NCBI GenBank assembly: GCA_963741955.1
Contig: CAVUKB010000007.1
Coordinates: 320,001 to 384,000, forward strand
DNA from: an uncultured Acidobacteriota bacterium
GTDB lineage: Bacteria; Acidobacteriota; Thermoanaerobaculia; Gp7-AA8
Length of the DNA stretch: 64,000 nucleotides
Direction: 5' to 3'
A program made the translations under genes and the position numbers. Shown here in pieces: positions 18,546 to 28,218 of this stretch (position 1 is its first letter; the number at the start of each line of letters is the position of its first letter). The notes under the pieces were generated by a model, which was not told the origin of the DNA, made no database searches, and worked only from the letters and a program-made list of their open reading frames with translations.

Positions 18546-20210
18546 ATGAAATTTCGATCCGCTCTTCTCCTCGTCGCCCTCTCCTCGATCCTCTCCGCCT
18601 GCGCAACCGGTGCGAAAATGCAGACTCCTCAGACATTCGATCTCCTGATCACCAACGGACGCATCATCGATGGCACGGGAGCGCCGTGGTTTCGCGGTGA
18701 CGTCGGCATCACCGCCGACACCATCGTCGCGGTCGGCGATCTCTCGCATGCTCATGCCCGCCGCACCATCGACGCACATGGACAGATCGTCGCCCCGGGA
18801 TTCATCGATCTCCTCGGCCAGGACGATCACACCGTCCTGGTCGATCCCCGTCTGGAAGGAAAGATCCGCCAGGGCGTCACCACCGAGCTGACCGGTGAAG
18901 GTCATTCGCCGGGGCCGGTCACGGCGGCGCAGCAGGAAGCTCGTGCCGCGCGTGGCGGTCCGAGCTGGCGCACGCTCGGTGAGTACATGAACGTGGTGGA
19001 GAAGAATCGCTCCGCGATCAACATGGCGTTCCTGGTCGGACAGTCGAGCGCGCGCGAGATCGTGATGGGTGACGTCGACCGCGATCCCACGCCCGAAGAG
19101 CTTCGCCAGATGGAAGCGATCGTCGATCAGGCGATGCGCGAAGGAGCGATCGGACTCTCGTCCGCGCTGATCTACGTCCCGGCCGTCTTCTCGAAGACGG
19201 ACGAGCTGATCGCGCTCGCGCGCGTCGCGGCGAAACGCGGAGGCGTTTACTTCACGCACATCCGCAACGAGGCCGACACCATCGATGACGCGCTCGACGA
19301 GGCGTTCCGCATCGGACGGGAAGCCCGGATTCCGCTCAACATCTGGCACCTCAAGGTCGGTGGGAAACAGAACTGGGGGCGGATGCCGGAAGTCATCGCG
19401 AAGATCGAAGCGGCGCGCGAGAGTGGCCTCGACGTCTCTGCGAACGTCTACCCGTACATCGCCTCATCCACGGGGCTCTCCGCGCTGGCGCCGAATCAGG
19501 CGCTCGAGGGAGGCTACTCGAAGTTTCTCGAGCGGCTGAAGGATCCGGTGACGCGGGCGAAGATCGCGGACGAGATCCGCGAATCGGGCTTCTACCACCG
19601 GATCGATGGCGCGGTGGGAGTTCTGGTCACGCGCATCCCGAACTCGAAGTTCGCGCAATACGAGCGGAAACGTCTCAGCGAGATCGCGACGATGATGGGG
19701 CTCGACCCGATCGAGGCACTGCTCCGGATTTTCGAGCAAAGTCCGCGTTCCCCTCAGGCGATCTATTTCTCCATGAACGAGCAGGATCTTCGGTACGCGC
19801 TGCAGCAGCCGTTCGTGTCGGTCGGTTCCGATTCGGCGGCGATCGTCGGACCGATGATCAACGCCGGCGCGCATCCGCGCGCGTACGGAACATTCCCTCG
19901 TGTGGTCGGCCACTACGTGCGCGACGAGCATCTCTTCACGCTCGAAGAGGCGGTGCGTAAGGTGACATCGCAGGCGGCGGCGCGTGCGCTGCTGTTCGAC
20001 CGCGGCGTACTCCGTCCGGGGATGAAGGGAGACGTGGTGGTGTTCGATCCGGAGAAGATCCGGGATATTTCGACGTACGAAGACCCTCACCACATGTCTG
20101 AGGGAGTGATCGACGTGGTGGTGAACGGGGCTCCGGTTCTGCTCGACGGGACAATGACCGGAGAGCTTCCGGGTCGCGTGCTTCGCGGCCCCGGCTACGA
20201 AGCGAGATAG
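18546..20210 (+). CDS. N-acyl-D-amino-acid deacylase (D-aminoacylase) family amidohydrolase, probable lipoprotein
   Basis: Lipobox ILSAC; DLLITNGRIIDGTGAPWFRGDVGI, APGFID, QGVTTE, THIRNE, WHLK, HPRAYGTFPR. Confidence 0.88.
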   Translation: MKFRSALLLVALSSILSACATGAKMQTPQTFDLLITNGRIIDGTGAPWFRGDVGITADTIVAVGDLSHAHARRTIDAHGQIVAPGFIDLLGQDDHTVLVDPRLEGKIRQGVTTELTGEGHSPGPVTAAQQEARAARGGPSWRTLGEYMNVVEKNRSAINMAFLVGQSSAREIVMGDVDRDPTPEELRQMEAIVDQAMREGAIGLSSALIYVPAVFSKTDELIALARVAAKRGGVYFTHIRNEADTIDDALDEAFRIGREARIPLNIWHLKVGGKQNWGRMPEVIAKIEAARESGLDVSANVYPYIASSTGLSALAPNQALEGGYSKFLERLKDPVTRAKIADEIRESGFYHRIDGAVGVLVTRIPNSKFAQYERKRLSEIATMMGLDPIEALLRIFEQSPRSPQAIYFSMNEQDLRYALQQPFVSVGSDSAAIVGPMINAGAHPRAYGTFPRVVGHYVRDEHLFTLEEAVRKVTSQAAARALLFDRGVLRPGMKGDVVVFDPEKIRDISTYEDPHHMSEGVIDVVVNGAPVLLDGTMTGELPGRVLRGPGYEAR

Positions 20211-20251
20211 CCCGGATTCATCACACCGTCTCGTCGGGAGGATCGGCAGGA

Positions 20252-21571
20252 ATGGCGGAACACTCGAGCAGTGCGAAACTGATTCGTGCCGTCGGATTCT
20301 GGGGGCTGGTCGCGTTCACCATCAACGCGGTGATCGGGAGCGGCGTGTACCTCCTGCCGTCCGAGACGTTCCGCCTTCTCGGTCCGTTCTCGCTGTGGGC
20401 CCCTCTCCTCTTCTCCATTCCGGTTTTCATTCTGGTGCTCTGCTTCGCCGAGGCGGCGAGTCACTTCGACAAACCGGGAGGGGCATACGTTTACTCTCGT
20501 GCGGCGTTCGGCGACTTCATCGGATTCGAGACCGGTTGGATGAACACCCTGGCGCGGCTCACGTCACTCGCGGCGCTGTCGAACGGACTGGTTCTTTCGA
20601 TCGCGAGGCTCGCACCGGGCGCGGCGGAAGGAGTGATGCGGACGTGGATCATCGTGGGGACGCTTCTCTTTTTCGGCGTCATCCATGCGCTGGGGATCAG
20701 ATTCGGTGCGGGAACGATCTACGGCCTGACGCTCGGGAAGCTGATCCCGCTGGTGATCTTCATCGCCGTGGCGGTCGCGGTGTTCCACTTCAATCCTCTT
20801 CCCGCCTCGGTGAAACTGCCGCCGATTCACGAGACGCAATGGAGCGAAGCGGCGCTGCTTCTCCTCTTCGCGTACGCGGGGTTCGAGAACGTCGCTGTCC
20901 CGGCGGGAGAGTTCAGGAATCCGAAGAGGGATCTCCCGTTCGCACTTCTGCTCGGGATCGTCGGGATCGCTCTCGTGTATTCGCTCGCGCAGCTCGGCGC
21001 GATGGCCTCGCTCCAGAGCCTCGACACCTCCACGCCGATCGCCGATGCGGCTGCGGTGGTGCTCGGGAAGTTCGGAGCGGTCCTGATCACCGTCGGCGCG
21101 ATCATCTCCATCGCCGGGACGAACGTCGGCACCGTGCTCGAGTCCTCGCGGATGGTCTACGCGCTCTCCGCGGACCGGAAGCCTTACAAGCTTCTCGCGT
21201 GGGTGCATCCGACGTTTCACACTCCGGTGGTCGCGATCGCGCTGATCATCGCGGCGGCGATTCCGATGGCACTGATGGGATCGTTCGTGCAGCTCGCGGC
21301 GCTCTCGGCCGTCGCACGCATGACGACGTATCTCTTCACCGCGGCGTCGCTTCCGCGACTGAAGAAAGGTGGATCGTTCTTTCTCGGCAACTGGGCCTGG
21401 GTGGTCGCGATTCTGGGGACGCTGATCTCGCTGCTGCTTTTCTTCACGCTCGAGGAGAAGCATTTCGTCCCGGCAATTCTCGCGTTGTTGACCGGTGCGG
21501 TGCTGTGGGTGGGGTCGCGAATCTTCGGGAAGATCGACGTCGAGGCCGAGGAGGCCTCGGCGGAAACGTAG
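20252..21571 (+). CDS. APC family amino acid permease
   Basis: About 12 TM segments; VIGSGVY, GGAYVYSRAAFG, FAYAGFE, GEFRNPKRDLP. Confidence 0.92.
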   Translation: MAEHSSSAKLIRAVGFWGLVAFTINAVIGSGVYLLPSETFRLLGPFSLWAPLLFSIPVFILVLCFAEAASHFDKPGGAYVYSRAAFGDFIGFETGWMNTLARLTSLAALSNGLVLSIARLAPGAAEGVMRTWIIVGTLLFFGVIHALGIRFGAGTIYGLTLGKLIPLVIFIAVAVAVFHFNPLPASVKLPPIHETQWSEAALLLLFAYAGFENVAVPAGEFRNPKRDLPFALLLGIVGIALVYSLAQLGAMASLQSLDTSTPIADAAAVVLGKFGAVLITVGAIISIAGTNVGTVLESSRMVYALSADRKPYKLLAWVHPTFHTPVVAIALIIAAAIPMALMGSFVQLAALSAVARMTTYLFTAASLPRLKKGGSFFLGNWAWVVAILGTLISLLLFFTLEEKHFVPAILALLTGAVLWVGSRIFGKIDVEAEEASAET

Positions 21572-21580
21572 GAGCGCCGA

Positions 21581-21741
21581 GGGGCGCCGGCTTCCAGCCG
21601 GCAGCGGTCAGGCCTCCGCGCCTGACCGCGAGGGAGCTCGGGAGAAGTGAGAGATCTCGCGCGGTGCAGGGACGCGGATTGAACGCACGAGGTGACGAGC
21701 GCGGGACGCTCGTCACGAGCCGGCAGGGATGCCGGCGGTCC
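21581..21741. repeat. Dispersed REP-doublet-like hairpin element, copy 1 (copy 2 at 56553-56725)
   Basis: Arms GGGGCGCCGGCTTCCAGCCGGC ... GCCGGCAGGGATGCCGGCGGTCC, with internal hairpins shared with copy 2. Confidence 0.8.
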
Positions 21742-21802
21742 ATATCGGATCGTCACGAATTCGGCAGCGATGACGGCGGTCCGGAGAACGGGAGGAGAAT
21801 CG

Positions 21803-22756
21803 ATGAAGAAACTCAAGATCGTGATGATCGTCGCGCTCATCCTCACGATGGCGATCCCCGCGCTGGCGAACTTCCGCGAATTCGAGAAGATTCCGGTCGA
21901 TCCGCAGCTGCAGGCGGCCGTCGATGCGATCGCACGGCGGGCGACGACGGAATTCGCGGGCCAGAAGCTGACGCCGGAGGACTTCGCGATCTCGCTGGTC
22001 GATCTCACGGATCCCGCGCATCCGCGCCGGGCGAGCTTCCACGGAGACGTCCCGTTCTATCCGGCGAGCGTGGTGAAGCTCTTCTTCCTCGTCGACGCGT
22101 GGCATCAGATCGATGCCCGCACGCTGGTGCCGGACGAGGAGATGAAGCGCGGGCTGAGGGACATGATCGTCCAGTCGTCGAACGACGCGACGTCGTACGT
22201 CGTGGATCGCATCACGCGCACCACCAGCGGACCGAATCTCTACGGGAGAAAGTGGCGGATCTTCGAGGAAAGGCGGTTCGCTCCGACCCGCTGGTTCCGG
22301 GAGATGGGGTACGACGTGAGCGCGGCGATCAAGACGTTCTGCGAAGGACCGTACGGGCGCGAGGTCGAGCTGCTGGGACCGAACTACGAAAATCGGAATC
22401 ACGCCACTGCGGATGCGATCGCATCGCTGGAGACGTGGATCGCGCGAAAGGAAGCGGTGTCGCCGGAAGCGAGCGAAGCGATGCTCGCGCTGATGCACCG
22501 GACGGTTCCAGCGGACGATCCGGGCGTCACCGACGAGCAGGTGATCCATTTCCTCGGGCAGACGCTCCCGGCGGGGTCAGAGCTGTGGTCGAAAGCCGGA
22601 TGGACCAGCACGGTGTGGCACGATGCAGCGATCGTCCAGCTTCCGACGGGACAGCGTTACGTCGCGGTGGTGATGACGCGGAATGCGGTCGATGGTGACG
22701 GAATATTCGCGGCGCTGTCGGAGTGGATTCGCGGAGCGATCGTGACGGTGAAGTAG
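21803..22756 (+). CDS. Secreted serine hydrolase with class A beta-lactamase/PBP-like fold
   Basis: Signal peptide; SxxK (PASVVK), SxN (QSSND), KxG (SKAGW); SD GGAGGAG. Confidence 0.87.
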   Translation: MKKLKIVMIVALILTMAIPALANFREFEKIPVDPQLQAAVDAIARRATTEFAGQKLTPEDFAISLVDLTDPAHPRRASFHGDVPFYPASVVKLFFLVDAWHQIDARTLVPDEEMKRGLRDMIVQSSNDATSYVVDRITRTTSGPNLYGRKWRIFEERRFAPTRWFREMGYDVSAAIKTFCEGPYGREVELLGPNYENRNHATADAIASLETWIARKEAVSPEASEAMLALMHRTVPADDPGVTDEQVIHFLGQTLPAGSELWSKAGWTSTVWHDAAIVQLPTGQRYVAVVMTRNAVDGDGIFAALSEWIRGAIVTVK

Positions 22757-22862
22757 GATTACGTCTGACGCAAAAGTGAGGCTTCGACCCCCATCGCGGA
22801 GTCGGGAAAATGCAACCGCGCTGATTCGGAATCGTATTTCGAAGACGGAAGCGGCAAAAAAA

Positions 22863-22909
22863 TTGTGCTCCCCCGAACGGGGGAGTAGAATCCGCGGTAA
22901 CCGTTTACA
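22863..22909 (+). promoter_or_regulatory. Sigma70-type promoter with a LacI-family-like operator, upstream of the TonB-dependent receptor
   Basis: TTGTGC-N17-TAGAAT (22863-22891), then GGTAACCGTTTACA (22896-22909), which resembles the TGnAAnCGnTTnCA operator consensus. Confidence 0.55.
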
Positions 22910-22935
22910 TCGAGTATCTCCGGAGGAAGAAAGAT

Positions 22936-25875
22936 ATGGCTGGTTCACGCATTCTACGTATCGCCGTCTTTTTCTGCCTGATCGGACTGGTCGGCTCGCT
23001 CGCGTTCGCGCAGCAGGTCGGCTCCATCAGCGGAAAAGTGACCACATCGTCGGGAGAGGTTCTCCCCGGCGTGACCGTCGAGGCACGATCGAACGTGCTT
23101 CCCCAGGCCCGGGTCACCACGACCGCGGCCAACGGGGTTTACAGGTTTCCGGCGCTGCCTCCAGGCAAGTACACCGTGCAGTTCTCTCTCGCCGGGATGC
23201 AGGCGCAGACCCGCGACGTGCAGGTCTACCTGAACATCGACTCCCCGGTCGACGTGCAGATGGGAATTGCGGGGGTGAGCGAGAGCATCACCGTCACTGC
23301 GCAGACCCCCTTCACCGACCCCACCACGACGGCGATCAAGAGCGCCATTCCGCAGGAAGCGATCGAGCGGCTCCCGGTCGGACAGGAGTACCGCGATCTG
23401 ATCAAGCTCGCCCCGGGCGTTCAGGTCAACGAGGCATCGGTCCGTGGACCGGCGGCCGGCGGAAGTGAACAGGACAACATCTATCAGTTCGACGGCGTGA
23501 ACGTGACGCTCCCTCTCTTCGGAACGCTCGCGGCGGAGCCGTCCTCCCAGGACATCGAGCAGATCACCGTCGTCAAAGGCGGCGCGAAGGCGGTCGATTT
23601 TAACCGTTCGGCCGGGTTCACCATCGACTCCGTCAGTAAGTCGGGAACGAGTGAATTCAAGGGCGACGTGAAGTACCAGTTCCAGAACGCCGGAATGACG
23701 GCGGATCAGGTCGGCACGTCGCTTTCCCAGTACGACCAGGACCGCGCCTGGGCCAGTCTCGGAATCGGCGGTCCGATCATGAAGGACCGCCTCTACTTCT
23801 ACGGGTCGTACTACCGTCCGACCATCGATCGGGCGAACAGCTCGAACCTCTACGGCGACGTGCCGAACTTCAAGAGTACTCGTGACGAGTACTTCGGGAA
23901 GCTGACCTACACGCCGACCAGCAAGATCCTTCTCAACGGAAGCTATCGCGACTCGAGCCGCACGGACGATAACGCCAGCATCGGTGGCGCGGAAGCTCCG
24001 AGTGCAGCCACGAACAACGAATCCAAACAGAAGATCGGGATTCTCGAGGCGTCGTGGGTGGTCACTGACCGCAGCTACGTCAGCGCAAAATACAATGACT
24101 ACGCGCTGAAGACGGCCGGCGTCCCGCAGACGGTTCTTTCCGTCGTTCCGAACCTGACCCCGGGAACCACCCTCGACATCGGGAACATGGCGCAGATGGG
24201 CTACTTCGAAGTTCCGTCACTCATCGAGGGGAACGACGCCTTCAACTCGTTCATCGCGCCATTCGTCGACCAATACGGGTTCATCCGCGATGGGACGAAA
24301 ACGGGCGGCGGCGCAGTCGGCGGCGCATTCCAGTTCGACATGGACAACTTCTACCGCAAGAGCTATCAGCTCGGTTACGACGTGACGCTGGGCCGGCAGT
24401 TCACCCACGACATCCACGTCGGGTGGCAGGGATTCAAAGACTCCGAGGACCTCGGCCGCTCTTCGAACGGCTGGGGCGACATCACCGTGATCGGCGGCCG
24501 TTCCAACTGCCCCGCGGACACCGGGTGCGAAGGTCAGCCGATCTACTTCCAGGCCGACGTGCAGCGGTCGAGCGAAGCCGCACTCGGCACGCAGGTCATC
24601 CATTCCGAGTATCAGTCGCAGAACGTCGAGCTCAACGACACCATGCGTACCGGCAACTGGTCGTTCAATGTCGGCGTACTCGCCAGCAACGACACCCTGT
24701 ACGGTCAGGGTCTTCGCGAAGATTCGTCGACCATCTCCGGATACGTTGCTGACCCGGGACACAAGTACAAGATGCACACCATCAAGTGGTCCGATCAGAT
24801 CCAGCCGCGTCTCGGCGTGACCTGGGCCTACAACGGGACCGATACCGCGTACGTCAGCTACGCCCGCTACAACCCGATCGCGAGCTCGCTCCCGCGCGCC
24901 GCATCGTGGGATCGCAACACGCTCGGTCTCGTCACCCGCGCCTACTTCGACCAGAATGGTGCTCTGATCGGCAGCGAACAGCTGGCGTCGAGCTCTGGAA
25001 AGCTGTTTCAGCAGGGGATCAAGCCGCGTTACACCGACGAGTACCTGATCGGTACCGGACGCCAGATCAACAGCCGCTGGAGCGCACGTGCCTATGCACG
25101 CTACCGCTACTCCTCGCGGTTCTGGGAAGACACCCCGAACAACGCGCGCCTCTATGCCAACGCGCCCGACTCGGTGCCGCATGAGCTCTACATCCCGAAT
25201 CTGAACGACATGCGCAATCAGATCGGGAGCGGCTCAAGCTACGTCATCGCGACCCTCGACGGTGCGTTCACCAAGTACTACGAAGCGACGTTCGAGTCGA
25301 ACCTCCAGGCGACCGAGAACCTCTACTTCCACGGCACCTACACCTGGAGCCACTACTACGGGAACTTCGACCAGGACGCGACCAGCACCACGTACGACTT
25401 CGCGACCTTCATCGGCTCGTCGAACATCGCCGATGGTCCCGGCCGCCAGGTGTGGGACAACAAGTACGGCAACCTTCACGCGGATCGCCGCAACCTCCTC
25501 AAGCTCGACGGCTACTACCGGCTTCCGTGGAATGCCACAGTGGGCGCCTTCACCTTCTATCAGTCGGGCGACCACTGGGAGGCGTGGAGCTACGAGCCGT
25601 ACAGCAGTCTCACCAGCTCGAGGAGTGACACCAACCGTTATGCCGAACCGGCAGGTTCTCGCACCAGCCCGGCGCATTACCAGCTGGATCTCGACTACAC
25701 GCAGAACATCCCGATTCACAACCTCAACCTCCAGCTGATCGGAGACGTCTTCAACCTATTCGACAAGCAGACGGGCTATTCGCCACAGCCCGCCGTGCAC
25801 AGTTCGTTGTTCGGCCAGCCGCGACTCCGTTTCGCGCCGCGGCGCTTCCAGCTGGCGGTTCGCCTGCAGTTCTAG
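22936..25875 (+). CDS. TonB-dependent receptor with N-terminal carboxypeptidase-regulatory-like domain (Oar-like)
   Basis: Signal peptide; GSISGKV...LPGVTVEA...GVYRFPALPPGKYTVQF; plug region; QPRLGVTW; C-terminus PRRFQLAVRLQF. Confidence 0.92.
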   Translation: MAGSRILRIAVFFCLIGLVGSLAFAQQVGSISGKVTTSSGEVLPGVTVEARSNVLPQARVTTTAANGVYRFPALPPGKYTVQFSLAGMQAQTRDVQVYLNIDSPVDVQMGIAGVSESITVTAQTPFTDPTTTAIKSAIPQEAIERLPVGQEYRDLIKLAPGVQVNEASVRGPAAGGSEQDNIYQFDGVNVTLPLFGTLAAEPSSQDIEQITVVKGGAKAVDFNRSAGFTIDSVSKSGTSEFKGDVKYQFQNAGMTADQVGTSLSQYDQDRAWASLGIGGPIMKDRLYFYGSYYRPTIDRANSSNLYGDVPNFKSTRDEYFGKLTYTPTSKILLNGSYRDSSRTDDNASIGGAEAPSAATNNESKQKIGILEASWVVTDRSYVSAKYNDYALKTAGVPQTVLSVVPNLTPGTTLDIGNMAQMGYFEVPSLIEGNDAFNSFIAPFVDQYGFIRDGTKTGGGAVGGAFQFDMDNFYRKSYQLGYDVTLGRQFTHDIHVGWQGFKDSEDLGRSSNGWGDITVIGGRSNCPADTGCEGQPIYFQADVQRSSEAALGTQVIHSEYQSQNVELNDTMRTGNWSFNVGVLASNDTLYGQGLREDSSTISGYVADPGHKYKMHTIKWSDQIQPRLGVTWAYNGTDTAYVSYARYNPIASSLPRAASWDRNTLGLVTRAYFDQNGALIGSEQLASSSGKLFQQGIKPRYTDEYLIGTGRQINSRWSARAYARYRYSSRFWEDTPNNARLYANAPDSVPHELYIPNLNDMRNQIGSGSSYVIATLDGAFTKYYEATFESNLQATENLYFHGTYTWSHYYGNFDQDATSTTYDFATFIGSSNIADGPGRQVWDNKYGNLHADRRNLLKLDGYYRLPWNATVGAFTFYQSGDHWEAWSYEPYSSLTSSRSDTNRYAEPAGSRTSPAHYQLDLDYTQNIPIHNLNLQLIGDVFNLFDKQTGYSPQPAVHSSLFGQPRLRFAPRRFQLAVRLQF

Positions 25876-25897
25876 GCGAGGGCTTCACGCGTCACTC

Positions 25898-25930
25898 GAA
25901 AGGCCCGGGCTTGCCCGGGCCTTTCTGTTT
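25898..25930 (+). terminator. Rho-independent terminator
   Basis: GAAAGGCCCGGGC-TT-GCCCGGGCCTTTC followed by TGTTT, 22 nt after the receptor stop. Confidence 0.8.
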
Positions 25931-26095
25931 GAAGAGGAGTGCGAAATGCAGAGTCTGGAATGGAGTCTGTCGGATGCGTCGGGGCGGGTCACTTTGGGGT
26001 GAGGATCCCGCGCACCGGCGGTCGCGCCATTCACCGCACTCGCCGGTTTCGATCGGGACGCTGGCGGCTCCGCGGCGGACCGTCTGACCCCGTTC

Positions 26096-28135
26096 CTACT
26101 GAACCCGATCGAACAGGCGCTCGTTCGCGATCAATTGCTGCGTCATCGCATTCGCGTGCACCTTCGCGATGGCGATGCGCGACGCGGCGTCGGGCTCCTG
26201 CAGCAGGACGCTCACCTGGGCGCGTTTGAAGAGCGCCATCGGATATCCGGGATCGCTCGCGGTGACGCGATCGAGCGCGTCTCGGGCATCGGCGAGCCTG
26301 CGCGCATCGAGGTAAAGCACTCCGAGCTCGAGATCGTGTGCGAACCGGGAGCCTTCGGTCGTCCTCGCCCGCTCGAACGCATCGAGCGCCACCGGAGTAT
26401 TGCCGACGCGCATCGCGAGCTCGCCGAGGTGAACCAGCTCCGCGCCGTCGGGCGACTTCATGCCGAATGCGCGCTGGTAGAGATCGACGGCCTGATCGAG
26501 CTCCCCTTCACGCTCCCGTATCGCTGCGAGCCCTTCGATGGCGGGAAGGCGGTCGGGCGTCTTCGCCAGCACCTTCTCGAGCAGGGGTGCGGCACGGTCG
26601 GGCTGCCCGCCACGGAGATAGTGAAGTGCGAGATACATCTTCACGTCGAGCGAATCCGGCGCGATCGCTTCAGCTCGATGGAACGACGCGATCGCCGCCG
26701 CGTTGCGGCCGAGCGCCGACTCGGCGACTGCGAGCCGCAGCGTGACCATGAGATTGTTCGGATCCTGGCGGAGGATCTTCTCGAAGAGCGGCACCACCTC
26801 CGCGTAACTCGCACTCCCGAACAGCGCCGATGCTTCGTCGAGCTCTCCGAACATCCCGACCATGTCGATCGGGCGGGGAGCGTCTTTTCGCAGAGGCGGA
26901 CGCGCCTCCGACGCGATGTAGCCGAGACTCGCGAGCTGCTTGCGGTCTTCGTCACTCAGATCGGTGTTGCCGGCCGGCTGGTCCGGTGACGGAATCGGGT
27001 ACTCGCGGATCGCGGTGCGTACGTCGCGCGGAATGGCGGCGTCCGGCGCGAGGTCCTTCGTCTCCTTCGGATCCGCCACGACGTCGTAGATCTCGAGGGA
27101 GCCGGCTTCGATGTACTTGCGGTGTCCCTCCACCGCCATTACCTGCGGCTGCCATCCGTACTGGAGAAAAGGGGCCATCGCTTCGGCGATCACCACTTCC
27201 GGTTTCGTGTTCCGAAGGCTCTCGGACCGGTCGATTCCCGCGAAATCGAGGATCGTCTGGCAGATCCGTCGTGTGCTCACAGGAGTGTCGGAGACGGCGC
27301 TGCGGAACCCTGGCCCCGTGACGATCAGCGGCACGTGAATCGTCGTTTGATAGAGCAGATTTCCGTGCTGCGACTCCCCGTGGTCGCCGAGCCCTTCGCC
27401 GTGATCACCGACCACGATGACGCCGACCGGACCGTTCGCGCGCGAGCGGAACGCGGCGACGAGGCGTCCCATCTGCTGGTCCATTTCAGCGATCTCGCCG
27501 AGATACGGCCGGCCGGCGTAGCGGGATCGGAACGGCTCGGGAGGTTCGTACGGAAAATGAGGGTCGTAGTAATGAACCCAGACGAACAGCGGCAGCGCGG
27601 GTGACTGCGCGAGCCACCGCAGAGCGAGGTCGGTGGTCTCTTTCGAGCTTCGTTCGTTGCGGCCGCGGCCGAGTGTGTCGTCGTAGTGGTCGAATCCGCG
27701 GGCGAGACCGAACTGTCGCTCGAGCGGGAAGCCGGAGATGAACGCGGCGGTCGCGTACCCCGCCTGGTGGAGGCGCTCCGCCACGAGCGGTTCCTTCGAG
27801 GAGAGATATCGGGCGTTCTCGTGGAGTCCGTGCGCAGCCGGATAGAGTCCGGTCATCATCGACGTGTGAGAGGGAAGCGTCTCGGGCGCCGTGGCGTACG
27901 CCTGCCGGAATCGCATTCCTTCTGCGGCGAGAGAGTCGAACGCCGGGGTGTCGACGCCCTTCGCTTCGGGACCGATGGAATCCGCGCGGGTCGTGTCGAG
28001 AGTGACCAGAAGTATCGAAGGACGGACCGACGGGGGAGCCGGCGTCTTCGTCTCGGGCACGTTTCGCGAGCAGGCGGCGAGCGCTGCGATCGCGGCCGCT
28101 ACCAACGCGATTCGGAGTGAACGGGAGATCTTCAT
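26096..28135 (-). CDS. Sulfatase-like hydrolase/transferase with C-terminal TPRs, probable lipoprotein
   Basis: Start MKISRSLRIALVAAAIAALAAC (lipobox); LLVTLDTTRAD, ETLPSHTSMMTGLYP, WVHYYDPHFPY, GDHGEGLGDHGE, LASLGYI, then TPR helices. The ORF-track extension upstream lies in the repeat array. Confidence 0.9.
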   Translation of the reverse strand: MKISRSLRIALVAAAIAALAACSRNVPETKTPAPPSVRPSILLVTLDTTRADSIGPEAKGVDTPAFDSLAAEGMRFRQAYATAPETLPSHTSMMTGLYPAAHGLHENARYLSSKEPLVAERLHQAGYATAAFISGFPLERQFGLARGFDHYDDTLGRGRNERSSKETTDLALRWLAQSPALPLFVWVHYYDPHFPYEPPEPFRSRYAGRPYLGEIAEMDQQMGRLVAAFRSRANGPVGVIVVGDHGEGLGDHGESQHGNLLYQTTIHVPLIVTGPGFRSAVSDTPVSTRRICQTILDFAGIDRSESLRNTKPEVVIAEAMAPFLQYGWQPQVMAVEGHRKYIEAGSLEIYDVVADPKETKDLAPDAAIPRDVRTAIREYPIPSPDQPAGNTDLSDEDRKQLASLGYIASEARPPLRKDAPRPIDMVGMFGELDEASALFGSASYAEVVPLFEKILRQDPNNLMVTLRLAVAESALGRNAAAIASFHRAEAIAPDSLDVKMYLALHYLRGGQPDRAAPLLEKVLAKTPDRLPAIEGLAAIREREGELDQAVDLYQRAFGMKSPDGAELVHLGELAMRVGNTPVALDAFERARTTEGSRFAHDLELGVLYLDARRLADARDALDRVTASDPGYPMALFKRAQVSVLLQEPDAASRIAIAKVHANAMTQQLIANERLFDRVQ

Positions 28136-28218
28136 GGCGAAACGGGGATGGGTGGATTCTATCGAGCGAGGAAACGAATCGGTGCGGTTCGATATTGCGC
28201 GGATGGTGTGGATGTGAA

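Noticed and set aside
21803-22756. Bona fide beta-lactam resistance gene
   Set aside because: It has the SxxK/SxN/KxG fold motifs, but I could not identify the class A omega-loop ExxLN (Glu166) motif; more likely a PBP-like serine hydrolase.
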